Counted from the stretch's first letter, positions 44,604-53,536 are shown. The stretch: DNA of 64,000 nt from Burkholderiales bacterium (GCA_035652275.1 DASREB010000162.1:4371-68370), one strand, 5' to 3'. Notes: generated by a model from the letters alone, not told the origin. Made by a program: numbers and translations.

Positions 44604-44912
44604 ATGATCATCTCGATTCTCACGTATAAGCTGCCGAACCGCTGGACGCTCGAGCAGGCAGTCGCGATGTTCAAGACCACGGCGCCGCTGTACCTGGGCA
44701 AGCCTGGGCTCGTGCGCAAGCACTATTGCATGACCGAGGCCGGCGACGTGAAGGGCATCTATCTTTGGCAGAGCAAGGCGCATGCGGAAGCGTGCTTCAC
44801 GCCAGAATGGAAGGCCATGGTGACGGCCAAGTACGGTGCAGCTCCGGAAATCGTCTATGGGGTCGTTCCTGTCACCGTGGACAATCTGCAGGAAGCTATC
44901 GAAGTCGCCTGA
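44604..44912 (+). CDS. YdhR-like dimeric alpha/beta-barrel (putative monooxygenase) protein
   Basis: AGGGGAA SD, ATG 44604, 102 aa. KGIYLWQSKAHAEACF resembles E. coli YdhR GGIYLFTDEKSALAYL. Confidence 0.55.
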   Translation: MIISILTYKLPNRWTLEQAVAMFKTTAPLYLGKPGLVRKHYCMTEAGDVKGIYLWQSKAHAEACFTPEWKAMVTAKYGAAPEIVYGVVPVTVDNLQEAIEVA

Positions 44913-44927
44913 ATCGAGGAGGCCGGC

Positions 44928-45278
44928 ATGGCAGGAAAAGCGAAGTTCGTTTTCATCGCGAGCATGGACGTCGATCCGGAAAAGGAGGCGCTCTTCAACG
45001 AGGTCTATGACACCGAGCACGTGCCCGAGCTTCTCAAGGTGCCGGGCGTGCTCTCGATACGGCGTGCCGTGAGCGTCCCGCTCACCATGTTCATCGGCGG
45101 CGAGAAGAAGACCATCGTCGCCGAGGGCGAGCCGCGCTACAGCGCGTATTACGAGCTGGAAAGCGCCGAGGTGCTGACCAGCAGCGCGTGGGCGAAGGCC
45201 GTGGAGCTCGGGCGCTGGCCCAAAGAAGTGCGGCCTTTTACGCGCAACCGTCGCCACGTGCTGCGCAAGATCTTGTAG
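44928..45278 (+). CDS. Hypothetical dimeric alpha/beta-barrel-like protein (DUF4286/EthD-like)
   Basis: 116 aa. NEVYDTEHVPELLKVPGV pattern. Weak family assignment. Confidence 0.4.
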   Translation: MAGKAKFVFIASMDVDPEKEALFNEVYDTEHVPELLKVPGVLSIRRAVSVPLTMFIGGEKKTIVAEGEPRYSAYYELESAEVLTSSAWAKAVELGRWPKEVRPFTRNRRHVLRKIL

Positions 45279-45301
45279 CCGGCCGTCTTCCTTTCTACTT
45301 T

Positions 45302-46081
45302 CTATTTGGCGCGCCAGCCGCCGTCGACCACCAGGCTGTGGCCGTTGATGTAGGAGGCTTCGGGCGACGCGAGGAAGCACACCGCGTTAGCGATATCTTC
45401 AACCGTGCCGCGCACGCCGGCCGGCACCAGCGCGCGCACCTGGTCGTCGTTCACCGCCACGCCGCGGCCGCTCATGTCGGGCACGCCGGGGCCGAGGATC
45501 GCCTGCGAGTGCGGCCTGAGACCCGTCGGGATGGGGCCCGGGCACACGCAGTTCACCGTGATGCCGCGCGCGCCGTAGATGACCGCCATCTGCCGTGTGA
45601 GGCCGACGACGCCGTGCTTGGCCGCGACGTACGCCGCGCCGCCGCCCGTGCCGTTCAGCCCGGCGACCGACGCCATGTTGATGATGCGTCCGCGCCCACG
45701 CGGCAGCATCTCGCGCAGCGCGCGCTTGCTCATCAGGAAGACGCTGGTGAGGTCGACGTCGATCACCTTGCGCCATACGACCGTGTCCATCTCGTCGACG
45801 TTGAAGTAGCCGTCGAGGATGCCGGCATTGTTCACCAGCACCTCCAGCGGACCGAGATCAGCGACCGCCGCGGCCACCGCCGCCTCGACGTCCGCAGCAA
45901 TGCTCACATCGGCCCGGTAGGCCTTCGCGCCGGGAATCCGCGATGCCGTCTCTCGCGCGGAGCCCTCGTCGAGGTCGACCACGGCGAGCGCGAAGCCGCG
46001 CTTGCCGAGCGCCAGCGCGCAGCCACGCCCGATGCCGGAGCCGGCACCGGTTACCAAGGCAAGGCGGGCGTCAGTCGACAC
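45302..46081 (-). CDS. SDR family oxidoreductase
   Basis: TGAGSGIGRG, NNAG and YVAAKHG (YxxxK). Confidence 0.9.
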   Translation of the reverse strand: MSTDARLALVTGAGSGIGRGCALALGKRGFALAVVDLDEGSARETASRIPGAKAYRADVSIAADVEAAVAAAVADLGPLEVLVNNAGILDGYFNVDEMDTVVWRKVIDVDLTSVFLMSKRALREMLPRGRGRIINMASVAGLNGTGGGAAYVAAKHGVVGLTRQMAVIYGARGITVNCVCPGPIPTGLRPHSQAILGPGVPDMSGRGVAVNDDQVRALVPAGVRGTVEDIANAVCFLASPEASYINGHSLVVDGGWRAK

Positions 46082-46088
46082 GGTGGGG

Positions 46089-46439
46089 CTAGAGAGTGTT
46101 CAGGGGCGAAGCGTGCTTCGGCTGGTAGATGCCGAGTTTCCCGCCGCCTGGCAGTGTCAACCGGGTGATCGATCCCCAGCGCTGCTCGTCGACCGGCGAG
46201 CACTCCACCTCCTTCTGCTTCATCTCGGCCATGAGCGCCTGGACGTCGTCGCACATTAGGAAGAGCTCGTGTACGTCGTTCTCTTCGGACGGATGCACTG
46301 CTACCTCGGCTGGCGGCAGCGCGAAGATCAGCCAGCCGTGACCTGCATCGACCGATTCGTACTTCAGCACGTCGCGCAGGAACGCTCGGTCAGCCTCGGC
46401 ATCCTTGCTGTAGATGATGACGTGAGCGCCGTGAATCAT
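46089..46439 (-). CDS. VOC/glyoxalase-bleomycin-resistance family protein
   Basis: 116 aa. HVIIYSKDAEADRAFLRDVL ... GGKLGIYQPKH. Confidence 0.7.
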   Translation of the reverse strand: MIHGAHVIIYSKDAEADRAFLRDVLKYESVDAGHGWLIFALPPAEVAVHPSEENDVHELFLMCDDVQALMAEMKQKEVECSPVDEQRWGSITRLTLPGGGKLGIYQPKHASPLNTL

Positions 46440-46462
46440 GCGCTGAGTGTACGCTTCTGTAG

Positions 46463-48136
46463 GTGAGCGCCCGCGACTCCGATCTCGACGCCTTGGTCAT
46501 AGGCGCCGGCTTCTCCGGCCTGTACCAGCTCCATTGCCTGCGCGACCGGCTGGGACTCTCAGTCAAGGTCGTCGAGGCCGCGCCCGACCTCGGCGGCACG
46601 TGGTACTGGAACCGCTATCCGGGCGCGCGCTGCGACTCAGAGAGCCATTCCTACTGCTACTTCTTCTCCAGGGAGCTGCTCGAGGAATGGCGGTGGTCCG
46701 AGCGCTATCCCGAGCCGCCCGAGATCCTCCGGTATTTGAATCACGTGGCGAAGAAGTTCGATCTCCGTCGCGACATCCGCTTCAACACCCGCGTCACTGC
46801 CGCGCACTACGACGAAGCGGCGAACCGGTGGAACGTGGTCACCGAATCGGGAGAGCGCTTTCGCGTGCGCTATCTCATCACCGCCGTAGGCTGCCTCTCC
46901 GCCGCCAACGTCCCCCGGATTCCCGGGCTCGAGAGCTTCGCCGGGCGTTGGTACCACACCGGCCAGTGGCCGCCCGACGGCGTCGACTTCCGCGGTAAGC
47001 GCGTCGGCCAGATCGGCACCGGGTCGACAGGCATCCAGGCGGCTCCGGTCATCGCCGCGACCGCCGCCCACCTGACCGTATTCCAGAGGCACGCCCAATA
47101 CAGCGTGCCCGCGCGCAACGCGCCGCTCGCCGAAGAGTTCCTGCAATACGTGCGCGAGCACCACGACGAGATCCGCGAAGTAGTGCGCTCGACCCCGAAC
47201 GGCCATCCGTTCCGCATTTCCCGGCGCAAGGCGTTCGACGTGAGCGATGCCGAGCGGCAGGCGATCTACGAGGCGGCGTGGGAGAAGGGCGGGCTGCAGT
47301 TCCGCGCGAGCTTCCACGACATGATGCTCGACAAGACGGCCAACGACACGGCGGCCGAATTCATCAAGCGCAAGATCCGCGAGATCGTCAGGGATCCGAA
47401 AACCGCGGAGGCGCTCGCGGACATCGACCATCCCTACGCCGCGAAACGCCCGCCGATCGACACGAACTATTTCGAGACCTTCAACCGCGACAATGTCCGG
47501 CTCGTCGACCTGCGCGCCGACCCGATCGAGCGCATCACGCCCGCCGGTATCAAGACGCGCGCGAGCGAATACGCGCTTGACGTCATTGTCTTCGCCACCG
47601 GCTTCGACGCGATGACGGGCCCGCTCCTGAGGATGGACATCCGCGGCCGCGATGGCGTGGCCTTGCGCGATACCTGGGCCGCGGGGCCGCGCACTTATCT
47701 CGGGCTGCAGGTTCCCGGCTTTCCAAATCTCTTCACTGTCACTGGTCCCGGCAGTCCGTCGGTACTCTGCAACATGCCCGTCGCGATCGAGCAGCACGTC
47801 GAGTGGATTACCGACTGCATCGCCCATATGCGCGACAACGGCATCCAGTCCTGCGAGGCGACAGCCGAAGCGGCGGAAAAGTGGGGCGAGCACGTCAACG
47901 CGGCCGCGCATGCAACCCTGCTGCCGCTCGCCACGCATTCCTGGTACCTCGGCGCCAACATCCCGGGCAAGCCACGCATGTTCATGCCTTACGCCGGCGG
48001 CATGGCTCGCTACCGTGCCATCTGCGATGACGTCGCTGCCAAGGGCTACGAGGGTTTCGTCATGGGCCGCGCCAAGCGCAACGCCACGGTGAACGACTTT
48101 TCGGCCGGCGCGACGATCGCTTCGCCGGGCGTTTAG
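46463..48136 (+). CDS. Baeyer-Villiger (flavin/NADPH) monooxygenase
   Basis: GTG start. GAGFSG, BVMO fingerprint FAGRWYHTGQWP, second Rossmann GTGSTG. Confidence 0.9.
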   Translation: MSARDSDLDALVIGAGFSGLYQLHCLRDRLGLSVKVVEAAPDLGGTWYWNRYPGARCDSESHSYCYFFSRELLEEWRWSERYPEPPEILRYLNHVAKKFDLRRDIRFNTRVTAAHYDEAANRWNVVTESGERFRVRYLITAVGCLSAANVPRIPGLESFAGRWYHTGQWPPDGVDFRGKRVGQIGTGSTGIQAAPVIAATAAHLTVFQRHAQYSVPARNAPLAEEFLQYVREHHDEIREVVRSTPNGHPFRISRRKAFDVSDAERQAIYEAAWEKGGLQFRASFHDMMLDKTANDTAAEFIKRKIREIVRDPKTAEALADIDHPYAAKRPPIDTNYFETFNRDNVRLVDLRADPIERITPAGIKTRASEYALDVIVFATGFDAMTGPLLRMDIRGRDGVALRDTWAAGPRTYLGLQVPGFPNLFTVTGPGSPSVLCNMPVAIEQHVEWITDCIAHMRDNGIQSCEATAEAAEKWGEHVNAAAHATLLPLATHSWYLGANIPGKPRMFMPYAGGMARYRAICDDVAAKGYEGFVMGRAKRNATVNDFSAGATIASPGV

Positions 48137-48137
48137 C

Positions 48138-49544
48138 TTAAGTAGTCTGCCGCAACGCGCGCGACAGGGCTTGAACGTCGCTGGCCGCGCCGAGCCCCTG
48201 TGTCGCACGCTCGAGCGCTCCGAGCGCATCGCCCCTGAGCGATCGCAGCGCGTTGGCGCGGAATTTCGCCAATACGGCGTCGCTGCCCGGCGGGCGCGTA
48301 TGGTTGCCGAACACGTCATCGATGCGCACGCTCTCGCTCGTGCCGCGCTTCGTTTGGCAGATGATTTCGGCTTCGAAGCGTTGTGGGAAGCGCGAGTCGG
48401 CCAGCGGCTCCCACGCGACACGCCTCGCGAAATCGCGAACGTCGGCGCTTGCCGATGCCTCGAACGTCGCGAGATCGACCTTTCCTTCCACGAGCTGCGC
48501 GGCTACGGTGATCGGCAGGCTCCAGCGCGCGGCGTGGCCGTTGGCGGGGGATTGCTTGGTTTCCCACGGCTCGCAGATCACTGGCGCTTCGCCCTGAGGC
48601 ACGCGGCAGAGGATGCGCTCGACGTCGTCGGCGCGCACGCCGCGCTCGGCGAGTTTGCTGGCGGCTTCGATGAAGGGGTGAAGGTAGTGGCAGCAGGGAT
48701 AGAACTTGTACGCGGCCTTCGGCAGGTGCCATTCGCGGCCGAGGTTGGCGATCAGGCTGCGGAAGCGGCCGGCGGCGGCTTCGTCACCGGTGAATTGGCG
48801 GAAGAGGCCATGCTTGCCGTCGAGCGACGTCTCGGGTCCAGTCATTCCCGCGCGCGCGAGCGTCGCCGCAACTACGCCGCCGTGCGCGGCCCAGCCGGGA
48901 TGCAGCGATTTCACCGATGAGCCGTTGGTGAGGAACTCCATGACGCCGGAGGCTTGGCTGAGGGCGATGCCGATGGCGGCGACGGTTCGGTCTTCGTCGA
49001 GGTCCATCAGCTCGGCCGCGAGCAGCGCCGACACCAGCGTGCCGGTGACGGACGTGCTCATGAAGCCTTTCGCGTGGAAGCCGTTCGGCGCGGCCAAACC
49101 GAAGCGGATCAGAACTTCCCAGCCGCGCGCGTAGGCGCCGAGGAGCGCGGTGCCGCTTGCGTTCTGCGCCTCCGCCACGGCGAGCGCGGCGGCGGCGAGG
49201 ACTGCGCTGCCGTGCGCGATGGAGCCGGTGTGCGTGTCGTCGAACTCGAGGCTATGGATTAGGCCGCCGTTGATCATGGTGGCGTCGGCTGCGGCTGCGC
49301 CGGTGGATTGGCCGAACACGGTGGCCGGGCCGCCTTTCGCGACCTCGGCGGCGTAGGCGCGGTAGGCGGCGCCGATCGGCGAGCCGGCGGCGGCGAGGCC
49401 GACGCCGATCGCGTCCAAGAAGTGCAGCCGCGCCGCGGTGGCGACGTCTTCCGGCAGCGGCGTTTTCGCGGTGGCGCGCGCGGTGCGCACCAGTTCGCGT
49501 GCGAGGGTCACGGCTTCACCATGGACGCGAGCGTTTCCTTCCAT
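48138..49544 (-). CDS. MmgE/PrpD family protein
   Basis: 468 aa; typical MmgE/PrpD length and pattern. Alternative GTG start at 49511 would give a GTGA overlap with the upstream stop. Confidence 0.85.
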   Translation of the reverse strand: MEGNARVHGEAVTLARELVRTARATAKTPLPEDVATAARLHFLDAIGVGLAAAGSPIGAAYRAYAAEVAKGGPATVFGQSTGAAAADATMINGGLIHSLEFDDTHTGSIAHGSAVLAAAALAVAEAQNASGTALLGAYARGWEVLIRFGLAAPNGFHAKGFMSTSVTGTLVSALLAAELMDLDEDRTVAAIGIALSQASGVMEFLTNGSSVKSLHPGWAAHGGVVAATLARAGMTGPETSLDGKHGLFRQFTGDEAAAGRFRSLIANLGREWHLPKAAYKFYPCCHYLHPFIEAASKLAERGVRADDVERILCRVPQGEAPVICEPWETKQSPANGHAARWSLPITVAAQLVEGKVDLATFEASASADVRDFARRVAWEPLADSRFPQRFEAEIICQTKRGTSESVRIDDVFGNHTRPPGSDAVLAKFRANALRSLRGDALGALERATQGLGAASDVQALSRALRQTT

Positions 49545-50896
49545 CCTTGCGCGAGAACGGCCTTGTCGCCGCGGATGATGTTCGCCAGGGTGGCGGGCGC
49601 GGCGGGGAACACGCCGCCGGCGTTCTCGGCGAGCTTGGAGAGGAGCGTCGGCTCGTCGAAGGGCTTGTCGTAGCCGCCGCGCGCGCTCTCCACGAGGGCG
49701 CTCATCTCGCCGCCGTCGCCGAAGCGCATCGTCACGCGCGCCGGCCGGTCGTTCGGCGCGGGCTTGAGGTCGGGGTAGGGCTGCAGGCGAACGCGCTCGC
49801 GCAGCTTGGCGATGCGCTCGTCGCGCAGCTTGTCATCGGTAAAGGCGCGCGCCCCCGCGGTGCCGAGCTGCACGGTGGCGGCGATGGCGTGCGGCAGCGA
49901 GAACTTCGCCGCGAGCACGGTCTCGGGCTCGGCGTTGCGCAGCGCCTGGCCGCCGGGCGCGGTCTCGACGACGATCTCGGCGATGTCGTCCTTTTTCGTT
50001 TTCATGCGGCCGAGGATGTCGAGCGTCGCCTCGATCGCCGAGTGCGCGTAGCCGCAGCAGGCGAACACCTTGTGATAGCCGTTGGTGACCGACCATGTGT
50101 CGCCGAGGCCCTCGATCAGCTTTTCGGGCATTGCGCGGCACTTGTAGGCGCCGACGAAGACGTCGTAAGGCGTGACGTCGTTGCCGCCGATGCCGGCTTC
50201 GGCCCAGTCGGCGGCGCGCAGGCCGATCCACGCGCCGGCGGAAGTCCATGCGTTGCGGATGAGCGCGCCTTCGACTGCCGTGTCGAACGGTCCGGCGAAG
50301 GACATGCTCGCGGCGCCGGTCACGGCAGAGAGCATCGTCTTCGCGTCCTGCCGGCGTACGAGCGAGGCGGCCGCTGCGCCGCCGATGGTGGCGAAGGCCG
50401 CGTGCGGATGCACGTTGAACACGGGGAACGGAAACGCGAGCGCGAAGCGCGTGGTGACTTCATAGGCGACGGCGAGGGCGCGCAGCACTTCTTCGACGCT
50501 GCGGCCCTGTGCCTCGGCTTCGGCGAGGAGCGCGGGAATCGTGTACGCGCCGCCGTGGCAGGAAGCATTGCGAAAGCCTTCGTCTAGCTCGCACCACGTT
50601 ATCGCCATGCCGTTGGCGCTCGCGGCGGCATAGCGATCGGCGCGCGGTGCGCCTTGGGCGAGCACGGTCGCTTCGACTTTGCCGGAGGAGGTGCGCAGCA
50701 ATCCTTCGCGCGCCTTCGCGACCTGCGTCTCGAGCGATCCGGCGACCATCGCGCCGATGTCGTCGGAGAGGATGATCGCCCCACGCCGGCGCACCGGCTC
50801 GGGCAGCGGTTTCCCGACCGCCTCGACGGCCCATTCGATGAGCTTGCGGGTGTTGGCGGCTGCCTGGGAGCGAGCGGGATTTGCGTTGGTCGTCAT
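49508..50896 (-). CDS. MmgE/PrpD family protein (second, tandem)
   Basis: Start MTTNANPARSQ at ATG 50896, 462 aa. The upstream part of the 511-aa ORF is unsupported. Confidence 0.85.
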   Translation of the reverse strand: MTTNANPARSQAAANTRKLIEWAVEAVGKPLPEPVRRRGAIILSDDIGAMVAGSLETQVAKAREGLLRTSSGKVEATVLAQGAPRADRYAAASANGMAITWCELDEGFRNASCHGGAYTIPALLAEAEAQGRSVEEVLRALAVAYEVTTRFALAFPFPVFNVHPHAAFATIGGAAAASLVRRQDAKTMLSAVTGAASMSFAGPFDTAVEGALIRNAWTSAGAWIGLRAADWAEAGIGGNDVTPYDVFVGAYKCRAMPEKLIEGLGDTWSVTNGYHKVFACCGYAHSAIEATLDILGRMKTKKDDIAEIVVETAPGGQALRNAEPETVLAAKFSLPHAIAATVQLGTAGARAFTDDKLRDERIAKLRERVRLQPYPDLKPAPNDRPARVTMRFGDGGEMSALVESARGGYDKPFDEPTLLSKLAENAGGVFPAAPATLANIIRGDKAVLAQGWKETLASMVKP

Positions 50897-51002
50897 GGCA
50901 AGGATGCTACGAGAAAACGTGCATCTACCGAGTGGATCGTGGTAATCGGTTTCGTGGATGCGGCGCTGCGCTAAGCTTTCGGCGCCCCCTAAAGGAAACC
51001 TC

Positions 51003-51833
51003 ATGCGCATCTGGCACCACAGCTTTACCGACCTGACGGTCATGCCGCTCTATCGCAAGACGATCGCGGAGCATGCAGCCGCCGTGATGGGCAAGGATGC
51101 CACGGTGAGCGTCCATGGCCTGCGGCCCGGCACCTACACCGAGGGCTGCGCGCCGATCGACGCGATCAAGTACCGCTACGTGGCCGCGGTTCACGATCTC
51201 CAGATCTGCGACGCGGCGATGGTGGCGGAGCGCGAGGGTTTCGACGCGATGGCCATCAGCTGCTTCTTCGATCCGGGCTTGCGTCCGGCAAGGTCGCTGG
51301 TCGACATCCCGGTCGTCAGCCTCGGCGAGTCGTGTGCGCTGACCGCCTGTTCCTTGGGGCGCAAGTTCGGCCTGGTCACGCTCTGCGAGGATCAATCGGC
51401 CGACTACACCGACATGCTGGTGGCCTATGGACTCGAGCGCCGCTTCGCCGGCGCGCTCGCGCTCGACCCGCCGATCGACGAGTTCGCGCTCGAGGCCGAC
51501 GAGAAGACGGCGCGGGCGATCGAGGAGCGCTTCGATGCGGCGTGCGCGGCCATGGTCGCGCGCGGCGCCGAGATCATCATCCCGGCCGACGGGGTGCTCA
51601 ACGAGTTCCTCGTGCGCCGGCGCCGCCTGTCGGCGCGTGGCGGCGTGCCCGTGATGGACAGCCTCGGGGTGCTGTTCCAGCACGCGGCGTTCCTGGTGCG
51701 CCTCAAAGCCACCACGGGAATGGGCGTCAGCCGGCATCAGTTCTATGCCAAGCCGTCGCGCGAGATGGTCGAGCACGTGCGGAACTTCGCCGGCCAGCGG
51801 AAACTGGCGAGCGACTTCTCCGGAGACCGCTGA
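51003..51833 (+). CDS. Asp/Glu/hydantoin racemase superfamily protein (paralog of 27570-28361)
   Basis: MRIWHHSFTDL... ISCFFDPGL ... IIIPADGVLNE. 276 aa. Confidence 0.65.
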   Translation: MRIWHHSFTDLTVMPLYRKTIAEHAAAVMGKDATVSVHGLRPGTYTEGCAPIDAIKYRYVAAVHDLQICDAAMVAEREGFDAMAISCFFDPGLRPARSLVDIPVVSLGESCALTACSLGRKFGLVTLCEDQSADYTDMLVAYGLERRFAGALALDPPIDEFALEADEKTARAIEERFDAACAAMVARGAEIIIPADGVLNEFLVRRRRLSARGGVPVMDSLGVLFQHAAFLVRLKATTGMGVSRHQFYAKPSREMVEHVRNFAGQRKLASDFSGDR

Positions 51834-51842
51834 CGTTTCTGC

Positions 51843-51915
51843 CGTCGCCCCCGAGTGCTTTTATCGGGGGTCCAGTTTGCTTTTTAAACGGGGTCCCCGC
51901 CTTCGCGGGGACGAC
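51843..51915. repeat. Composite REP / MITE-like element
   Basis: CGTCGCCCCCGAgtgcttttaTCGGGGGTCC-agtttgctttttaaac-GGGGTCCCCGCCTTCGCGGGGACGAC. Same organisation as 30169-30235. Confidence 0.75.
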
Positions 51916-51961
51916 ACTCCTGGTCTAGCGTAGTGGCCGCTTTAGACGGCTTGGTCCCGAC

Positions 51962-52025
51962 TTGCGGACAATAATTCCACTGTTGTGGACAATACGCCAT
52001 AGCTAGTCTACAGTTGTGGACATGA
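51962..52025 (+). promoter_or_regulatory. Three phased direct repeats TTG(C/T)GGACA(A)T upstream of and overlapping the fic start
   Basis: TTGCGGACAATA (51962-51973), TTGTGGACAATA (51983-51994), TTGTGGACATGA (52014-52025; contains ATG 52022). Start-to-start spacing is 21 and 31 bp. Confidence 0.45.
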
Positions 52026-53536
52026 GGCGACCCGTAGACCAGCTTCGTGGACACGAGCGCGCTCCGGAACTTGTCTTCGCGGACGCGGGCTCCAGCAAAC
52101 GCTATCAGCGCGAGGTAGCGGCGGGTCGCATGCGTCGTATCGGACGGGGCATCTACACACCGAACCTGGACGACGCGCCGGACATCATTGTTCAACGGCA
52201 CCGCCACGACCTCCTGGACGCGCTGTATCCGGAGACCGTCGTCTCGCACAGGAGCGCGATCGAGATCGGCGCTGCGGTCCAGTCCCACATCTGGCTTACG
52301 GCGCCGGTGGCGAAGGAGCGCAGCGTCAAGTATCCCGGGCTCACAGTGCACATCCTCCCCGGAACGGGGCCGGTACGCGGCGATATCCGCTTCAGAAGCC
52401 TTCATCTGGCGGGGCCTGCTCGCTACTTCCTCGAGAACCTGACGGCCTCCAGGGGCGCGCAGGAAAGCCGCAAGACGCTTCCGCGCGCCGAGCTCGAGCG
52501 AAGACTTGCCGAGATCATAGTGAGCCGGGGCGAGGGCCAGCTCAATCGGCTGCGCGATGAGGCGAAAGCCATTGCACCGGAGCTCGGCCTCGAGAAGGAG
52601 GCGGCACAGCTCGACTCCATCATCGGGGCGCTTCTCGGTACGCGACCCGATGCGGCCATCTCCGACCGGGCAAATATTGCGCGTGCGCAGGCTAAGCCGT
52701 TCGATATCAGCCGGGTGCGCCTGCTGGAGCGGCTCGCACTCGATCTTCGCGAGGTGCAGACGCCCGACTTCCGGCCGGTGCCGGACATGCGGGGAAATGT
52801 GGAGGTGCTGCATACCTTCGCTTTCATGGAGGCATATTTTTCGAACTTCATCGAGGGAACCGAGTTCGAAGTCGACGAGGCGAAACGCGTCGTCTTCGAA
52901 AACCTGCGCATTCCCCGGCGGCAGAACGACACGCACGACATCCTCAATACCTATCGATTGGTCGTCGATACGTACGAGATGTCACGGCTGCCGAAGTCGG
53001 CTGAAGAGTTTCTCGAGCTGCTCAAGGCGCGTCACCTTGCAATCCTGGAACACCGCAAGGACAAGAACCCCGGTGTGTGGAAGGATGTGCGAAACCGCGC
53101 CGGAAATACCGTGTTTGTCGAGCCGGATCTCGTCACCGGCACGCTGGTCCAGGCGTTCGAGATCTACAAGGCGCTGCCGCATGCGCTGGCACGGGCCATC
53201 TTCATGCAGATCGCCGTGTCGGAGGTCCATCCCTTCAACGACGGCAATGGCCGGCTATCTCGCGTCATGATGAACGCCGAGCTAACCCATGCACACGAAT
53301 CGCGCATCATCATTCCCACGGTGTACCGGGACGATTACATCACCGCCCTGAAGGCCTTCAGCCAGAACCGCGAGACGGACCCGGTGATCCGCATGTTCGA
53401 ACGCGCCCAGGCCTTTACAGCGAGCATGGATTACACAGGGTACGAAGCCGCCAAGGAATCGTTCACCAGAGCGGATGCTTTCAAGGATCCGCGGGAAGGA
53501 AAACTCGCCTTTGCTGAAAGACGCTTGCGGCCATAG
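52022..53536 (+). CDS. Fic-domain AMPylase (class II, N-terminal inhibitory helix) with about 250-aa AbiEi-antitoxin-like N-terminal extension
   Basis: HPFNDGNGRLSR at 53228-53263. SNFIEG inhibitory motif at 52841-52858. N-terminal AAGRMRRIGRGIYTP...VVSHRSAIEIG. Uses AGA/AGG/ATA/CTA/TTG codons that are rare in neighbouring genes. Confidence 0.85.
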   Translation: MRRPVDQLRGHERAPELVFADAGSSKRYQREVAAGRMRRIGRGIYTPNLDDAPDIIVQRHRHDLLDALYPETVVSHRSAIEIGAAVQSHIWLTAPVAKERSVKYPGLTVHILPGTGPVRGDIRFRSLHLAGPARYFLENLTASRGAQESRKTLPRAELERRLAEIIVSRGEGQLNRLRDEAKAIAPELGLEKEAAQLDSIIGALLGTRPDAAISDRANIARAQAKPFDISRVRLLERLALDLREVQTPDFRPVPDMRGNVEVLHTFAFMEAYFSNFIEGTEFEVDEAKRVVFENLRIPRRQNDTHDILNTYRLVVDTYEMSRLPKSAEEFLELLKARHLAILEHRKDKNPGVWKDVRNRAGNTVFVEPDLVTGTLVQAFEIYKALPHALARAIFMQIAVSEVHPFNDGNGRLSRVMMNAELTHAHESRIIIPTVYRDDYITALKAFSQNRETDPVIRMFERAQAFTASMDYTGYEAAKESFTRADAFKDPREGKLAFAERRLRP

